From positions 23,582,589-23,646,588 of the forward strand of contig NC_069000.1 of NCBI RefSeq assembly GCF_001194135.2: a DNA stretch of 64,000 nucleotides. The letters run 5' to 3'. The notes beneath the pieces are model-generated. The model saw only the letters and a list, made by a program, of their open reading frames with translations, was not told the DNA's origin and searched no databases. This DNA is from Octopus bimaculoides (Eukaryota). Positions 25,401-40,400 of this stretch are shown here, piece after piece; the first letter of the stretch is position 1; every line of letters starts with the position of its first letter. Both the position numbers and the translations under genes were made by a program.

Positions 25401-28400
25401 GTGGAAGGAACCTCAGAGGTAGCAACTCAACAATCTATATGAGAAAGAAATTCAGAGACATTTTACAGTTAATCATTGCATTCAAGAGAAGAAATAACCA
25501 AAAAGACAATAAAACAACAACACTGATAAGAGTGCAGAATTAAGAAGCATAATTTTTGCTGTTTTTAGTCATTCCTTCAAGTTGGTGAAAATTTAAACAA
25601 GTCATTATGTTGCAAAAAAGTTCGAAAGGATAAGATTTGAATATTATAATAAATGTCTATTTAAATTAAAATACTGATCTAAGTCTCGCTCTTTCTCATA
25701 TACATACATATACATATACACATGAGGGTCAGCTGAAAAGTTCATAGGCTGACCTAGATACTCTCATGGAATGTGAGCAAATGAGGTTTATGTTTCAACA
25801 TAGACCCCTTGCAGTCCACACACTTCTTCCATCGGTGTTGCACTGCTTGGATCCCATTGGTGAAAGTCATCAACAGCAGATATAATGTTATCATCACTGT
25901 GATACTGGTTTGCAACCAATAGTTTTTTCATGGTAGAGAACAGAAGATAGTCAGATGGGGCCAAATCAGAATATGAATAGTGATCAACCAGTTCAAAGTC
26001 ACAATCATGCATAGGAGAAATTGAAAGCAAGGACTTGTGTGCTGGAGCATTGTCCTGATGAAACAAGACCCCTTTTGTCAGTTTACTTGGGTATTTGGTC
26101 TTGATAGACTTTCATAACTGCCTCAGCAAGTTGGCATGGTACTCTCCATTGATGGTGTGGCCCTTTTCAAGATTGTCAGTAAAAATAATGCCTTCTGCAT
26201 CCTTGCCTACAGATGAAACAGCCTTCGCCTTCTTTGGAGCAGGTGAGGAGAGGTGATTTCCACTGCATGGATTGTCTCTTTGTCTCTGGCTCAAAGTGAT
26301 GAAGCCAACACCTATCCTGGGTTAGGAAACGTTCAAGGAAACCAGCTGGATCTGCCTCAATGTCAGATTTTGCCATGATGTGATCAGCCTGATGCACTTT
26401 TGATCAGGTGTCAGAAGATGTGGCACCTACCAAGCAGAAATCTTCACCACGCCAAGTTCACTGTGCAGAATATTTTCAAATCTCTCATTGGATATACTAA
26501 TAACATTGGCTATTCAATTTATAGTCAATTGCCTGTCATCTATCACCATGTGGTGAATGCAATGGATGTTTTCCTTTGTGGTGGCAGATGCAGAACATGC
26601 AGTCATTGGGTCATCCTCAAGACTCACACTTCCCCTCCTAAATTCAGATGCCTATTTTTGTACTGTTGATAAAGCTGGAACATCATCCCCTAATGTAGCA
26701 ACCAGGTCAGCATGAATGTCCTTGGGGACTAAACCCTTTTTCTGTCAGTACATGATAACACCACAATCCCAAATTTCGTCCATTTTCAAGAGAAGTTGCT
26801 CCTAGTTACTTTTGAAGTCTTTTTTGAGCAGTCAGATGTCAGTTTAACTGGAAAAAAGCAATGTAGTTATTAATAATAAGGGCTGAAATTAATACATGCA
26901 TGATTTCACAGCTCTAGTATCACCCCTTCATGGTCATCCTATGAACTTTTCAGCCAAGCCTAAAATACAGAGACCTACAGGGTGGACATACAAATAAATA
27001 TGTCAAATTCAGCTATTTCTCCATAGATTGAAATAAATGACAAACAACCTTAATTGATTTTTTACCTTTATTGGGGTCTCATCGGGTGTCTACATCAAGT
27101 GAACAATCCCAGAGAAACAAGTAGCCAACCCATTTATATACACATTAAATCTAGTAGATTCAGAGAATTAGGATTATCAATTTGCATACTACAGATGCTT
27201 AACACTTTACTTAAAATCAGTGGCCTGTGAATGGGGAACAACACAGTTCACACATTACCAAGTTATTACGTATGTAAACCTAGATTATCATCATCATCAT
27301 CATCATCGTTTAACGTCCGCTTTCCATGCTAGCATGGGTTGGACGATTTGACTGAGGACTGGTGAAACCGGATGGCAACACCAGGCTCCAATTTAATTTG
27401 GCAGAATTTCTACAGCTGGATGCCCTTCCTAACGCCAACCACTCAGAGAGTGTAGTGGGTGCTTTTACGTGTCACCCGCACGAAAACGGCCACGCTCGAA
27501 ATGGTGTATTTTATNNNNNNNNNNNNNNNNNNNNNNNNNNNNNNNNNNNNNNNNNNNNNNNNNNNNNNNNNNNNNNNNNNNNNNNNNNNNNNNNNNNNNN
27601 NNNNNNNNNNNNNNNNNNNNNNNNNNNNNNNNNNNNNNNNNNNNNNNNNNNNNNNNNNNNNNNNNNNNNNNNNNNNNNNNNNNNNNNNNNNNNNNNNNNN
27701 NNNNNNNNNNNNNNNNNNNNNNNNNNNNNNNNNNNNNNNNNNNNNNNNNNNNNNNNNNNNNNNNNNNNNNNNNNNNNNNNNNNNNNNNNNNNNNNNNNNN
27801 NNNNNNNNNNNNNNNNNNNNNNNNNNNNNNNNNNNNNNNNNNNNNNNNNNNNNNNNNNNNNNNNNNNNNNNNNNNNNNNNNNNNNNNNNNNNNNNNNNNN
27901 NNNNNNNNNNNNNNNNNNGAGATATAACAAAAAAACCGTTACTCTGAGTTTCACGTTCCCGTTCATCGGACAGTTCGATGAACGGGAACGTGAAACTCAG
28001 AGTAACGGTTTTTTTGTTATATTTCTGCTGCTTTTAAATAAAGTATATATATATATATATATATATATTTGCACAGGACTGTGCCAAAAGGCCTCAATAC
28101 AAGGATAGATAAAACTTCAATGCAGATCAGTTGTTGAGAAAATCTCTATGTACACAACTCGCATAGTTTAGTAAGAAGTGAAAAAGCCAAAAGTAAAAGT
28201 ATCATTCAACTCATGAAAGCAGTTCAGGCTATGCTTGAGTTTACATTCTTAGAGAGGAAAATAAAGTAACAAGTATGTCAATGAATTGTCTTTATTTCAG
28301 CTTCTATTCAGCAAAGTTGTTAAAGTACAAAGATGTTCAAAATTATATATACCTATTAAAAACTTCTTCAGACAATTAGTCCAATACCTATTTTGGAACA

Positions 28401-31400
28401 GCAGCTAATAGCTTAAGCACACACACTAAAAAAAACTTGTATACTCAAACAAGCAAAAATGTACTGAACTCTTTATATGGTTTAATAACATTACCAAGTT
28501 TCCTAGATGACATTGTGCTTGGGATTGAGATAGGATAACTAAGGTTTAGTTGGGAATGAATAGAAGTTTAGTTAACTGTTAGCCAAATTTTTCTCTTTAT
28601 ACAAAAAGTAAACCAAGTTAAAACGAAGAGCAAGATGTATGATACTGTACGATAAAAAATATGGGAAATCTAAAAATTGGGCAGTTGACTAGGATTTATT
28701 GTGTTTTCAATGCTAACTTACAAGAAAGGTATTGTGTAAATGCAAGATAGAGCAAAAGGACATGCCAAAAAACACTGGTGAATGGATACTGGATGATAAA
28801 CTGATATGAGTTAGTGTGAAAAGGTACATAAAGTTGAGATATAGCAAAGACCTGAGATAGGATAGAATGAGACTAAAAAATTACTCATAGGTGAAGGGAC
28901 ACAAGATTGAGATAGAAGTAAAGATACATTACAAAAAAAAAACAAAAAAAAAAACAGATATCAGGATAATAATGAAAATAGTGAATTGTAAGGAAACATC
29001 CCATCTGACTTACTTTAATGATGGTTGAAGATTTCTGTAAAAAATTTTCTTGTGCATCACTTTGAGCAACGGAATTCTCAAATAAACTGCAAAGGCCTCC
29101 TCCAACAATCTTTAATGCTTTAGAAGTGTTTCTAGAGTAAGATAAAAAAAATATATATATATACATAATGAAGTATTTTCTGTTCAAAACAATAGATTTA
29201 AACATATGGGTATGCAAATATGATGAATGGCCTGCTTGACCTTCATATCTTCTCTCAACAAGAATGCTGTACAATTTTACATGCCTTCCAGTTATGATTG
29301 AACAGTGTAGTAATATCTAACAATGGCAACAACAAAAGTGTTATTTTAATAAATCTTCCCAAGGAATTTAAGACTGGCTACCCTTGGGAGCTCCTCTATG
29401 TTGACCATGTTCTTACTGCTGAGTCACAACCAGAACAAGAGAGGAGATTTCAGGTGTGGAAGCAAGGTCTGAAATCAAAGGGCCTCAGAATTAATTTAAC
29501 AAAGTCTGAAGTTCCAGTAAGCAGGAAAAGAGACGAATCACTGATCTCTTCAGGGAGATGAGCCTGCTTGATATGTAGAAAAGGTGTTGGTAGAAACTCC
29601 ATACAGTGTACCCAGTGCAAGCTATGGACACATAAGAGGCGCAGTGGTATCAAAGGAAGATTAATAGAGAAAGTAGTCTGTGTGTGGAAGATGTGCAGGT
29701 CCAATAAGCAATAGGAATGCACAGAAAATAGACTCCCTCGAATGTCCTGGGGATCCTTAGAAGTAATAGATAGTTTCCATTACCTAGGCGAACAAGTTAA
29801 CAGTGGAAGAGGAAGATCTGAAAGTATAAGTGCTAAAATACAAATAGGCTGGGCAAGAGAACTGCTACTTTTGTTGGTAATGAAGGGCTTCTCCCTCAGA
29901 GTGAAAGGCAGATTGTATGATGCCTGTGTATGAAGATGGCAGTGAAACATGGGCTGTGACTACAGAGGACATGTGAAGGTTTGAAAGAAATGAAGTCAGG
30001 ATGCTCCACTGGATGGATAATGTCAGTGTACATGTATGACAGAGTATAAGTGATTTGAAAGTAAAATTGGGCATAAGAGACAGATGTAGTATGCAAGAGG
30101 GAAAATTGCATGCATATGGTCATGTGATGTGTATGGATGAGGACAGCTGCATAAAGAAGCGCCAATTTCTAATTGTGGAGGGAACCTGTGGAAAGGGTAG
30201 ACCCCCGCCAAGAAGACATGGGACAAAGTGATGATAAAAGGATCTTCAGATATTGAATCTCACCAAGGAGATAACAAGGGTCTGAGACTTCAAGCAATTT
30301 GCTGTGATTGAGAAAATATGTCAAGCAACATAAAATCAAGCACCCATGCTGGCACCACATAAAAAGCACCCATGTCAGTGCTACATAAAAAGATCCATAC
30401 TAGCGCCACATAAAAGACACCATGATTGGTGCCATGTAAAAGAGCATTCATGCCAGTGCCACATAACAAAGCATCCAAGCTAGTAATGCATTTCCAACTA
30501 CTCATGTAAGTGAGTACTGTTTAACAAAACAACCAACTTTAAAATAATTTTCTTATAAATAAAAAAAAAATAAAAACATAAAAAAAGAAACATTCCATGA
30601 AATGGCAATGTAAAGAAGTTTAAAAATGTAATAAAGAATAGAAAAAAAGGAAATGTCTTACTTATCATTGGGGTTATTCCACTGTAACTCTGAGTTTCCT
30701 AAAGTACTGAATAAACTAGCAACAGTCTTCATATCTTCAGGTAAAGAACTTGAGTTAAAAAAAAGAAAAATAAGAAAAGTTGCTCAGTTTTTCAAATTGA
30801 AACAACAAAAATTGGGACAAAACCAACAAACTATATAAAACTTTAAAATATGTGGCAAAAATATATGAAATTTCAGAGATAAGAAAAAAAGTTTTTAAAA
30901 GTAAAAACAAAATTTTATGAGTAAAATAATTAACAAACACTAGGAAAGAGTTTAAAAAAAAATTATGAAAATGACTAAGATGGTAAGAATTGAGAATTTA
31001 CCCATCTTTTTTCAAAACTGAACCAGCCAGTGTAGAGAAAATGCAAGTGATAATGTGAGTATGGAATGAAGCCATTTCTTGAAAGAAGGGAGATCTGATT
31101 AAATTCCATGTAAAACTTGCTTCTGTTAACATTTCCCTAAATAGTTGAAAGAGAAAATAATTTTTTTAAAGTAAATACATCAAAACATTTAAAGGCAGTT
31201 TCTTTTTTTTGGTGATTAAAAAAAATACTTGAAGATATTTGGAAGAGCATTGATGTTTTTGGATTAGTAAGTAAAATCTTTAGCTGGCGACCGGAAGGGG
31301 AGTCTGTCCTCTCAACTAAAACACTGCTGTGGGTGCTGCTGGATGACAGACTCTCATGGCAATGTTATTCCATGCTTTCTGATCCATGACGCTGGCCTTA

Positions 31401-34400
31401 GCACACTTGAGGTCAAGGTGCTGTGACTTCAGGTTTTATTCAGTTTGTTTCACCCATGTCTTCTTTGGTGTGCTGCACTGGACTCTCCAGTACAAAGCTA
31501 CACATTGGTGAGTTTTCAATAAAATTTACCCAAGACTTTGACTGGTACCTTATTTTACTGAGAGGAACAAATGCAAAGTTCAAGTTGATGGAATTTGAAC
31601 AGAAAATATTAAAAGCCTGAAGAAGATATTGACAATGAATGATTTACCTGGCTGTCACTATCATTTTAACATTAATGTTTTTTCATACAAACATGCACTG
31701 AATGTCACCCCAATCAATTTTGCAATGTCTTATCTGTCAGCTCTAAAGCTAACATGTCTGTCCCAACCAATTTTGACATATATATATATTATGAAAAATT
31801 TCTTTTGGCCACTTTCTGTCTGGACAGAAATGACCCAGGGTATTGTAGCCATATCATTATCAGACACCAGATTTGGTAAATACAGGCAGAAAAGCTCCAG
31901 AGAAATATATACTATTTAGTATCATCACTTTACATTCTGAGTTCAAATTCTGACAAATTAACTTTGCTTATCACAAGTTGATAAAATAAAGTACCTGAGT
32001 TTGATAATGTGTGGCTTTGTACCAAAGAAATCAGCCAAAGAATGGCAGAATTGTTAAGGTGACAAACAAAATGCCATGTGATGTGTAGTTACAGACTTTT
32101 ACATTTCTATGTTCAAATCCTGCCAAAATCATCTGTCTTTCAGTTTCCTTGCATTGATAGAATTGACTATGCCATTCCCCAAAATGTGGTCTTGTGTTTA
32201 TATAAGAAATCATTATTATTACCATTATCGTCCCTTTAAAGAATGGATCTTTAAATTTGCTTATGCCACACTGCAGATTATAACAACTGAATTCCCTTCC
32301 AGTCATTCCTTTAACCTTTTTGATGCCAATCCACCTGAAACCCTTCTAAGTCAGTTCTTATTCAGAGTCAGTATCTTCCAAGATGGGTCAAAGGACTGTA
32401 GGTTGCTTGTACATTTCATTAAAATTAAAGCAATGTAATAAATGAAAATAAAATAAATGAAATTTCAAACCTTTCTGAATGTTCAACTGTGTCAGTAATC
32501 AGAGTTTGAACAATATATTGAGAGATAACCAAAATGTTTTGTGGAGTGAAAAGTGGAAACAAAATTGGAAGGTTAGTGGTGAGAAACCACCATGTAGCCT
32601 GCTTCATTGTCCTTACAGGAATATGAGGGTGCTGAAAAGAAGAAAATTACAAAGATAGTGGTTTAAATACTAAGGAATGAATGAATGATATTTATAATAA
32701 AATACAGGAGCCATTTAAAGTTAGAGGTTGAAAAACCAATAGGAATTATTATGAAAGGATAAGGAATTAGTATTCAACTTGTGTCAAATAGTGAATTGGT
32801 ATGGTTCTTGCAAAATCACATGGAATTTCATAACAGAATAAAGTAATGAATTATTTCTTAATTTGTGAAAATTAAAAGTGATAAACATCAGATGTATGAC
32901 TGTTGATAAACATTATAACAATGAGTAAATGAGCCCTGTGGACTTTAGGAAAGAGAGAAATAAATTTTGAGATATTCACTTCACCCTTCACTTTGCATCA
33001 GAAGGTTTAACTATGAAACTAAGCTAAACTTGTTGCAAGCAGAAATTGGCTTATTTGTTATCTTTGTGCCACAGAATTACTTCAAAAGAGGTCATTGAGG
33101 CTATTCAATGAAACTAACATCTGCGTCATCATCAGCACCAACACAAAACCTTTAAGCAGAGAGTGACTTTGGCTTATTCCTCTGGACCACTCCTCCTCTT
33201 CAAGTGCCCTTAATTCACAGGCAATTTCTTTGAAGCTCCACCAGTCTTTTGCCAGGTGTTCCTATAGTTATCTTTAGTTTATTCTGATTTCATTAGGTCA
33301 TTTTTAGCCAAGTCTTTTTCAGTACTCTTTTGTGGCTAGAGATGTGGAAATAGTCTGTATGGCAACTTTGAATAAGCCATTCAATTCACATAGTCATACC
33401 AGTACAACTGATTACTGAAGCAAGTTTATCATTGCAGACAGTTAATCCACAATACTCCAAGGATTAGACATTTTGCTTGAAAGACTATCAACATATCCAA
33501 ACCATTCTACAGTAATGTTTATGATTTGGTACCATACAACAAACAATGCAGGAAATAAAAAGTTGATTCATACATAAAGATTTTGGTGATATAAAGTTTT
33601 GTTGAACAACAATTAAGAAGACCAAAAGCAAACAAGTGAGCTGCTACATGATCATTCGATTTGCTAAAAAATAGCAGCAAAATTCCCTCAAAAGAAAGGA
33701 TATGTTTGATAATGTAATCCTACATATATCTAAAAGAATGGGATGATGACGGCTGCTATGTCTCTAATTGTAAGGTATGATCAATCAGAACTGACCTTGG
33801 ATTAAAGGACAGCAAAACAACCAAAGGTCAAGAATGCTAATGAACTTCCATTTTTGATATCCTAACATGCAGTAATTTTATTTTCTTCTATATATGATCT
33901 ATAATATTTAAACACAGTAACTTATTCTAACTAATGAGACACTGCTCTAAGAATCGTCCATAACAAGTAGTTTGTACTTATCAACATCAGCATTAAGACT
34001 AAACTACAAAGATATATTTTAGCTATTTTGTAGGACCTCCTTGGCCTTGTATTTCGTGTCAGCAAACATTGCACACAATCATCAGCAAACAGAAGACTGG
34101 TGATATAGGACTCTGACAAAATTGTAAATCTCTTTTGGAGATGTACATCTTCATTACTGCATAAATGACAATATTGAATAACAGAGTGAAATGCAGATTG
34201 TATAATGTATGTGTATGAATAGCTGAGCTACATGGCAGTGAAACATGGGCTGTGACCACAGAAGACATGCAAAGGCTTAAAAGAAATGAAGTCAGCATGC
34301 CCTGCTGGATGGGTAATGTCAGTGTGCATATGGATGAGGAAGGCTGTATAAAGAAGTGCTGATTCTAATTCTGGGTGAACCTGTGAAAGGGATAAACCCA

Positions 34401-37400
34401 AGAAGATGTGGGGTGAGGCTTTAAGTGTGAAGCCTCACAGAGATGACAAGGAGCCGAGACTTTCCAACATCCCCCCACCCACTGCAGGCCTCTCCACTCT
34501 ATCATGTGCCTACCTGCACACTCTACATGCTCTCACATATCTACCATACCCTCTGCCAACCACTCCAATTCTTCTCATCATCACTTGCTATCTCTAAACA
34601 TCACCCACAATCTTATGGAACATCCCCCTCTATCCCTTCTACTACTTATACTCCCCCCCCACACTGTTCCCTGTGAGTAGGCCCTCTCTTTCTCACTCAG
34701 ACTGTCTCTCTATCTTTCTCTCCAACTCTCTCCCACTTTCCTCTCCTCTGTTGTCCTACTGGGGTAGCCAAATGTCTCCTCTTTAGTAAGATGGCTATTT
34801 CTGTCCCTCTAACCTTTTGCCTGGCACACAATTACTTTTCTCAGTTCCACTCCCTCTCTCAGCTGAGAGGTATTTGTCTTGCAACCTACTTTGCAACCCT
34901 ACTGATACTGGTGCCATGTAAGAGGCACCTGAGCTGGTTCCACGTAAAAAGCACTGATGCTGGTGCCACATAAAAAACACCCAGCACACTCTGTAAAGTG
35001 GTTGGCATTAGGATGAGCATGTAGAAACCAGCTGAAGAAACCATGCCAAAAGAAACAATTGGAGCCTGGCACAGCTTTCTGGCCAGCTAGCTCCTGTCAA
35101 ACTGTGCATCCCATGCCAGCATGGACGTATCATGATGATGGATGATGAGAGGTGAGAGGACACAATCTTGTATAATGCCTATTTTAACTGAAAAATAGCT
35201 CTTCAACCACAATAATTACAACATACCACAATTTTATTCTGATTTTCAACAGGGACTTCACTATTTTCCTTTGACATCAACATGTTTACGATTCCACTCA
35301 AATCACAAATCTTTGCTTTTTTCTTTTCTGTTTCAGACTCTGGGAATACTTGTACTGCTTTAATACACTGCAATTGCAGTAAATACTGTCGAGAAAAAAA
35401 AAAATGTCATTTTTAACAACTGCAACAAAAAGTGTAATTTTCACATAAATTCATTCCTTAATGAAATGTCATTTTCCAATAAATTGAAACATTTACAAAA
35501 TGTGCACTTCTATTCTGAAAATTTGCATACAATTTATTCAATTTTAATTATAAATTCTGTTCCTTACTCCTTATTTTTGTTAAGTATGTGAATATTACAA
35601 ACTTGTTCATTTTAAAAAGGTACTTATGTTTTATCTCCATTTCATAAAAATATCCTTGCAATGTGCATCTATAAAATATTCACTGTGCTTTGTAACTATT
35701 TATGATGTTATATAAATCATTATCCTCATCATCTGAACATCTGCTTTATTTTATGCTAGCATGGATCAGGTGGAATTCACTGACGTAGATTTTCTACAGC
35801 CAGATACCCTTTCTGTTGCTAACCTTCACCTGTTCCCATGTATGGTAATATTTTTTTTTTGGTTGGATATATGTGTGTGTGCAGGAGTAAATCAAGTTTA
35901 TGTTTATTTTTAATTTCACTATTTCTAGTTTCATTTACAAAATGTAATTCATTTTTCCTTATACTTCACCATGTTATTTTTAATGCAGCCTTATACTTAA
36001 TTTAATGTGACCATCAAATATTAAGAAAGTTCCTCATCCCTGGTCTTAAACATTACAGTATTTAGTATGAACATAACTGCAGTTATTCAAATGCTTAGGG
36101 TAGAGGCTAGACTACCTAAAAAACTGAAGTGATGATGCTCAGCTTCTCTCTGGATCAGCAGTTTGGCTTGCCAGGCTGAGAAAGGTGTTATGAGAACAGC
36201 AGTTCACTTTTCTTACCTTACAAAACTTGTCACAGGTAATTGGGAGGAGACAATTATTTGTTATTGTTAAGGTGGCAAGCTTGGCAGAATCACTGGCATG
36301 CTGGATGAAATGCTTAGTGGTACTTCGCCCATCGCTACGTTCTGAGTTCAAATTCTGCCAAGATCGACTTTGCCTTTCATCCATTCAGGGTCGATAAATT
36401 AAGTACCAGTGAAACACTGGGACGATGTAATCGATTAGTCCCCTCCCCCAAAATTTCAAGCCTTGTGCCTATAGTAGAAAGGATTATTGTTGTTGAGTGT
36501 GGTAAGCTGGTAGAGTTGGAAATACCTTGTGGTATTTTATTCAATATTTTATGTTCTGAGTTCAATTCCACCAGAGTCTACTTTACTTTTCATCTCCCCA
36601 GAGTCAATAAAATAAAGTACCAGACATGTACTGGACTTGATAGTATCAACTAAATCCCTTGCCACAAAATTACTGGCCTTAGATCAATTGTTGTTATTGC
36701 TGAAGGCAGTGAACTGGCATAATTGTTAAAATGTAGAAAAAAACGCCTTGTTTGTCCCAGCTCTTTAAAACCCACATTGGGTTCAATTTTGCTTTTTATT
36801 CCCCTGGGATCAAGAAAAAAAGAAAAGAAATAACCAGTCAAGTGCAGGGGTATCAACTGACTTATCCCTTTTCCTCAAATTGTTAATCTTGAGCCCAAAT
36901 CAGAAACTATTATTATTATTATCAGAGTTGATTGCAGACACAGCATGAAGAACTTATTGTTTACACAACACTACTGACCTATAATTTAAAAACATGAATT
37001 AAATAATAAAACTAATGATCCATTAATTTTAATAGGCATCATCTGGTGGTAATGAGGAGGTAACTTACACAAACAACAGATCCATTTCCCCCAGACTTAA
37101 AAATCTTCTTCCGGATTGATGCAGATAGAAAGTTGAAGGTGGACAGGTCGAAAAGAAATTCCTCTTGGCCTGGTGGTGTGTAATAAGCTAATATGAATGC
37201 TATCTCCCACCATTTATAGATCAGTAGCAGGGTTGCTTCCAAAAGATGTGGATCACAATTAGGCTGAAAAATAGGTATTGCAGGCAAGATTGTAGAGTAA
37301 AATAACAGATCAATGAATCAACCAATTGAAATAGATAAATTTATAAAATGTCATGCAATGTATCAAGTTACATGATACTGGGATTCAGATGGAGATGAGT

Positions 37401-40400
37401 TAAGAAAAACCTATCAACAAACAGCAATCAACCACTTAGTACAATATAAGCCAAGGTTTATTTGATCTGCTAGAAATAGCAGCCAAATTTCCCTCAAACC
37501 ACACCCTACTGTCTCTGGAAAAGAAGGACATATTAGATAACATAATTCTGGATTATACACTGTGTGAATAAAGATTGGATGGTGTTGGGTGATACTTTTG
37601 TTAATAAATCTGCTAAGGGATTAATCCTTTATCATTCAGGTTACTCTGTCAAATGTAATGCTTATTTATTCATATTGTTTTGAATTATTCATATTGTTTT
37701 GAATTATTCATGCCTTATCTCATAGTTTTGAGATTTTGATGATGCAATTGCTTATTTTTAGCATGACATTATACAGAAGATGTGAGAGGCTGGATCTAGC
37801 CAGTTTGAACATAAAACAGGTAGAATCTGTAAGCCTGATAGAGCCAACTTAAATGCTGAAGTGTTAAACAGCAACAAAAACAAAAAGGTTAACAAAAGCA
37901 ACTTTACCTTACTAAGGTATAAGTATATTGAAGGGACCACAATTGATACCTTCATTCTGGTCTGCAAATTCTGCATTGCCAATGTATTTTTGGCAGTCAC
38001 TGACGGCCCAACTATAACAACATCACCCAGAAAGTTCAGCAGCAAACCAATTATACAAGAACACACATGTTTCTGGTTGGAAATGGAGTCATCACCTGGT
38101 TGAACAAGGAAGAAATATTAATCAGAAAATAATAAAAATACAGCAAGAGAGGTTAAGATGCTAGATTTTTGTTTCTTCACATAACTTAGGCAATCCTCTT
38201 GTTCGATAGTTATTGCTGTTTTCTCAGACATTAAGAGGAGGAGAAGCAAATCTCAGACTGGCCAGAATGCCAAGCTATCCCAAGCATGTTTTTCCTATAA
38301 TAGAGATCAATTTAGTTGTGCAACGCAGATCAACAAACAACTTACCAATTCTACAATACAGCTGTTGCTCAGTTACAATTTATGTTATGTAAGTTATATC
38401 TCTCTGCAGTGTTGGCTGGGTGAACTTAAATGTTGAAAGTTAAAGGCCATGGAAGCAATGCAGGGCCAGAATATAAAATACAGAATTCCCTTAAATTTAG
38501 ATGTTCTTGCTCTTGTCAAAATGCTTACATTACTAATATTATTAAGTAGAGTGGTAAATCAACCTGCTAGTCAAATCTCTCTCAAATCCCTCTCTGCCAT
38601 CTTACATTAGATAACGTAGTCCAACAACATAACCCTAAAAAGATGGGAAGGCCATGGCTGGAATGCCTTTCATCAAAGCTGACCTGGGTTAATCAACAAA
38701 AATATCATCATCATCATTGTTTAACATCCATCTTCCATGCATACATGGATAGGACAGTTGACAGGAACCAGCCAGGTAGAACTATCCTACCCATGCATAA
38801 AATCTTGTTGCAGCCCTTGTGCTGAAGCACTGAGGAAAGCATGTAATATTATTTGCCTCAGCCTGTGTAGCTGCAAAGTCAAGTGATTAGCAGACACAAG
38901 AACCAAACACTTTTAGCTGTAATAATACTTATTCCAAAAATTTTAACAAACACACCTAAATTTCTAGAAATATCTACTCACAGTTTAAATGTAAAAGATT
39001 GCAATAAAAATGAATGAGGCATACAAAGCAGCCATTGTAAAGTTTGAACTCATGACTTCATTGTCAATGATCCAGCATCTTAACCATACAGCCATTATAC
39101 AACTCTTACAAATGGTTACATTTTTCAATAAACTTAAATTAGTATTTTCCTAGTAACTTATGTTAGCTTTAAATGTCACCTTCATCATCTTTAAGCATTG
39201 GAGATAATTCCTTTTCAATTGCAGTCAGCAGCATCTCCCATATTTGTAAAGCAACAGTTTGGGGTAACACTTGCACAATATTCTGGAATCTATGAAAAGA
39301 AAACAAGAACAACAGACTATTGATAGATAACATGATTAAGAATAGTAAGTAAAAAAAAGCAGTAAGCTGACAAAATCATCAACATGTTAGGCAAAATGTT
39401 TAGAGGCACTTCATCTATCTTTACATTCTAAGTTCAAATTCTGCTGAGAGCTACTCTGCCTTTCACCCTGTCAGGGTCAGGAAAACAAGTACCAGTTAAA
39501 CACTGGGATTAATGTTATTGACTTACTCCTACTCCCAAAATTGCTGGCCTTGTGCCAAAATTTGAAATCGGGATTAACTGACACTCCATCAGTTACAAGG
39601 GCTCCAGTTGATTCAATCAACAGAAAAGCCAGCTCGTGAAATTTACATGCAAGTGGCTGATCACTCCACAGACACACATACTCTTAATATAGTTCTCAGG
39701 GAGATTTAGTGTGACACAGAGTGTGACAAGGCTGGCCCTTTGAAATACAGGTGCAGCTCATTTTTGCCAATTGAGTGGACTGGAGAAATGTGAAATAAAA
39801 CGTCTTGCTCAAAGACACAATGTGCTGCCAGGAATCAAACTCACCTAACCTAACAATTGTGAGCTGAATACACAAACCACTAAGTCAAGTACCTTCACTT
39901 AAATCATGATTAAGAATAATAAGAATAGTTAAATGTAAAATATGGTAGTAACTCTTATAGTTTTTCCAGCAACCACTGACTCAGAAATTGATAACAAATT
40001 GAAAATAAGGAATTACTCAAATAGTATTCACTTAGCTTGAAAAATTGCTGTCTTCCAAACGTACAAGCTTGTCGTTTCAGGTGCCAGTGCCACTTAAAAA
40101 GCACCCGTACTGGTGCTGCATAAATGCACCTGTGACACATTAAAAGCACCCAGCACACTTTGCTAAGTGGTTGGTAACAGGAAGGGCATCCAGCTGTAGA
40201 AACCGTATCACAACAGACAGTTGGAGTTCAGACAACTCCCTATATGATACTAAAATATAACGTTTTGAGGCAACTTTGTTGCATTGATTTGTTTCTATAG
40301 TGCAAACTCGTTGCCAACAACACTAAAGAATTGCATTAATTCTACATAGCAACCATTATAAAAGGGTGCAACTGAAACAGTCAAATGAATATGGTATTGG

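Noticed and set aside
33915-34010. Exon-like segment (acceptor tctttgtag|)
   Set aside because: Stops in every frame or phase-incompatible, and exons 14 and 15 join without it.
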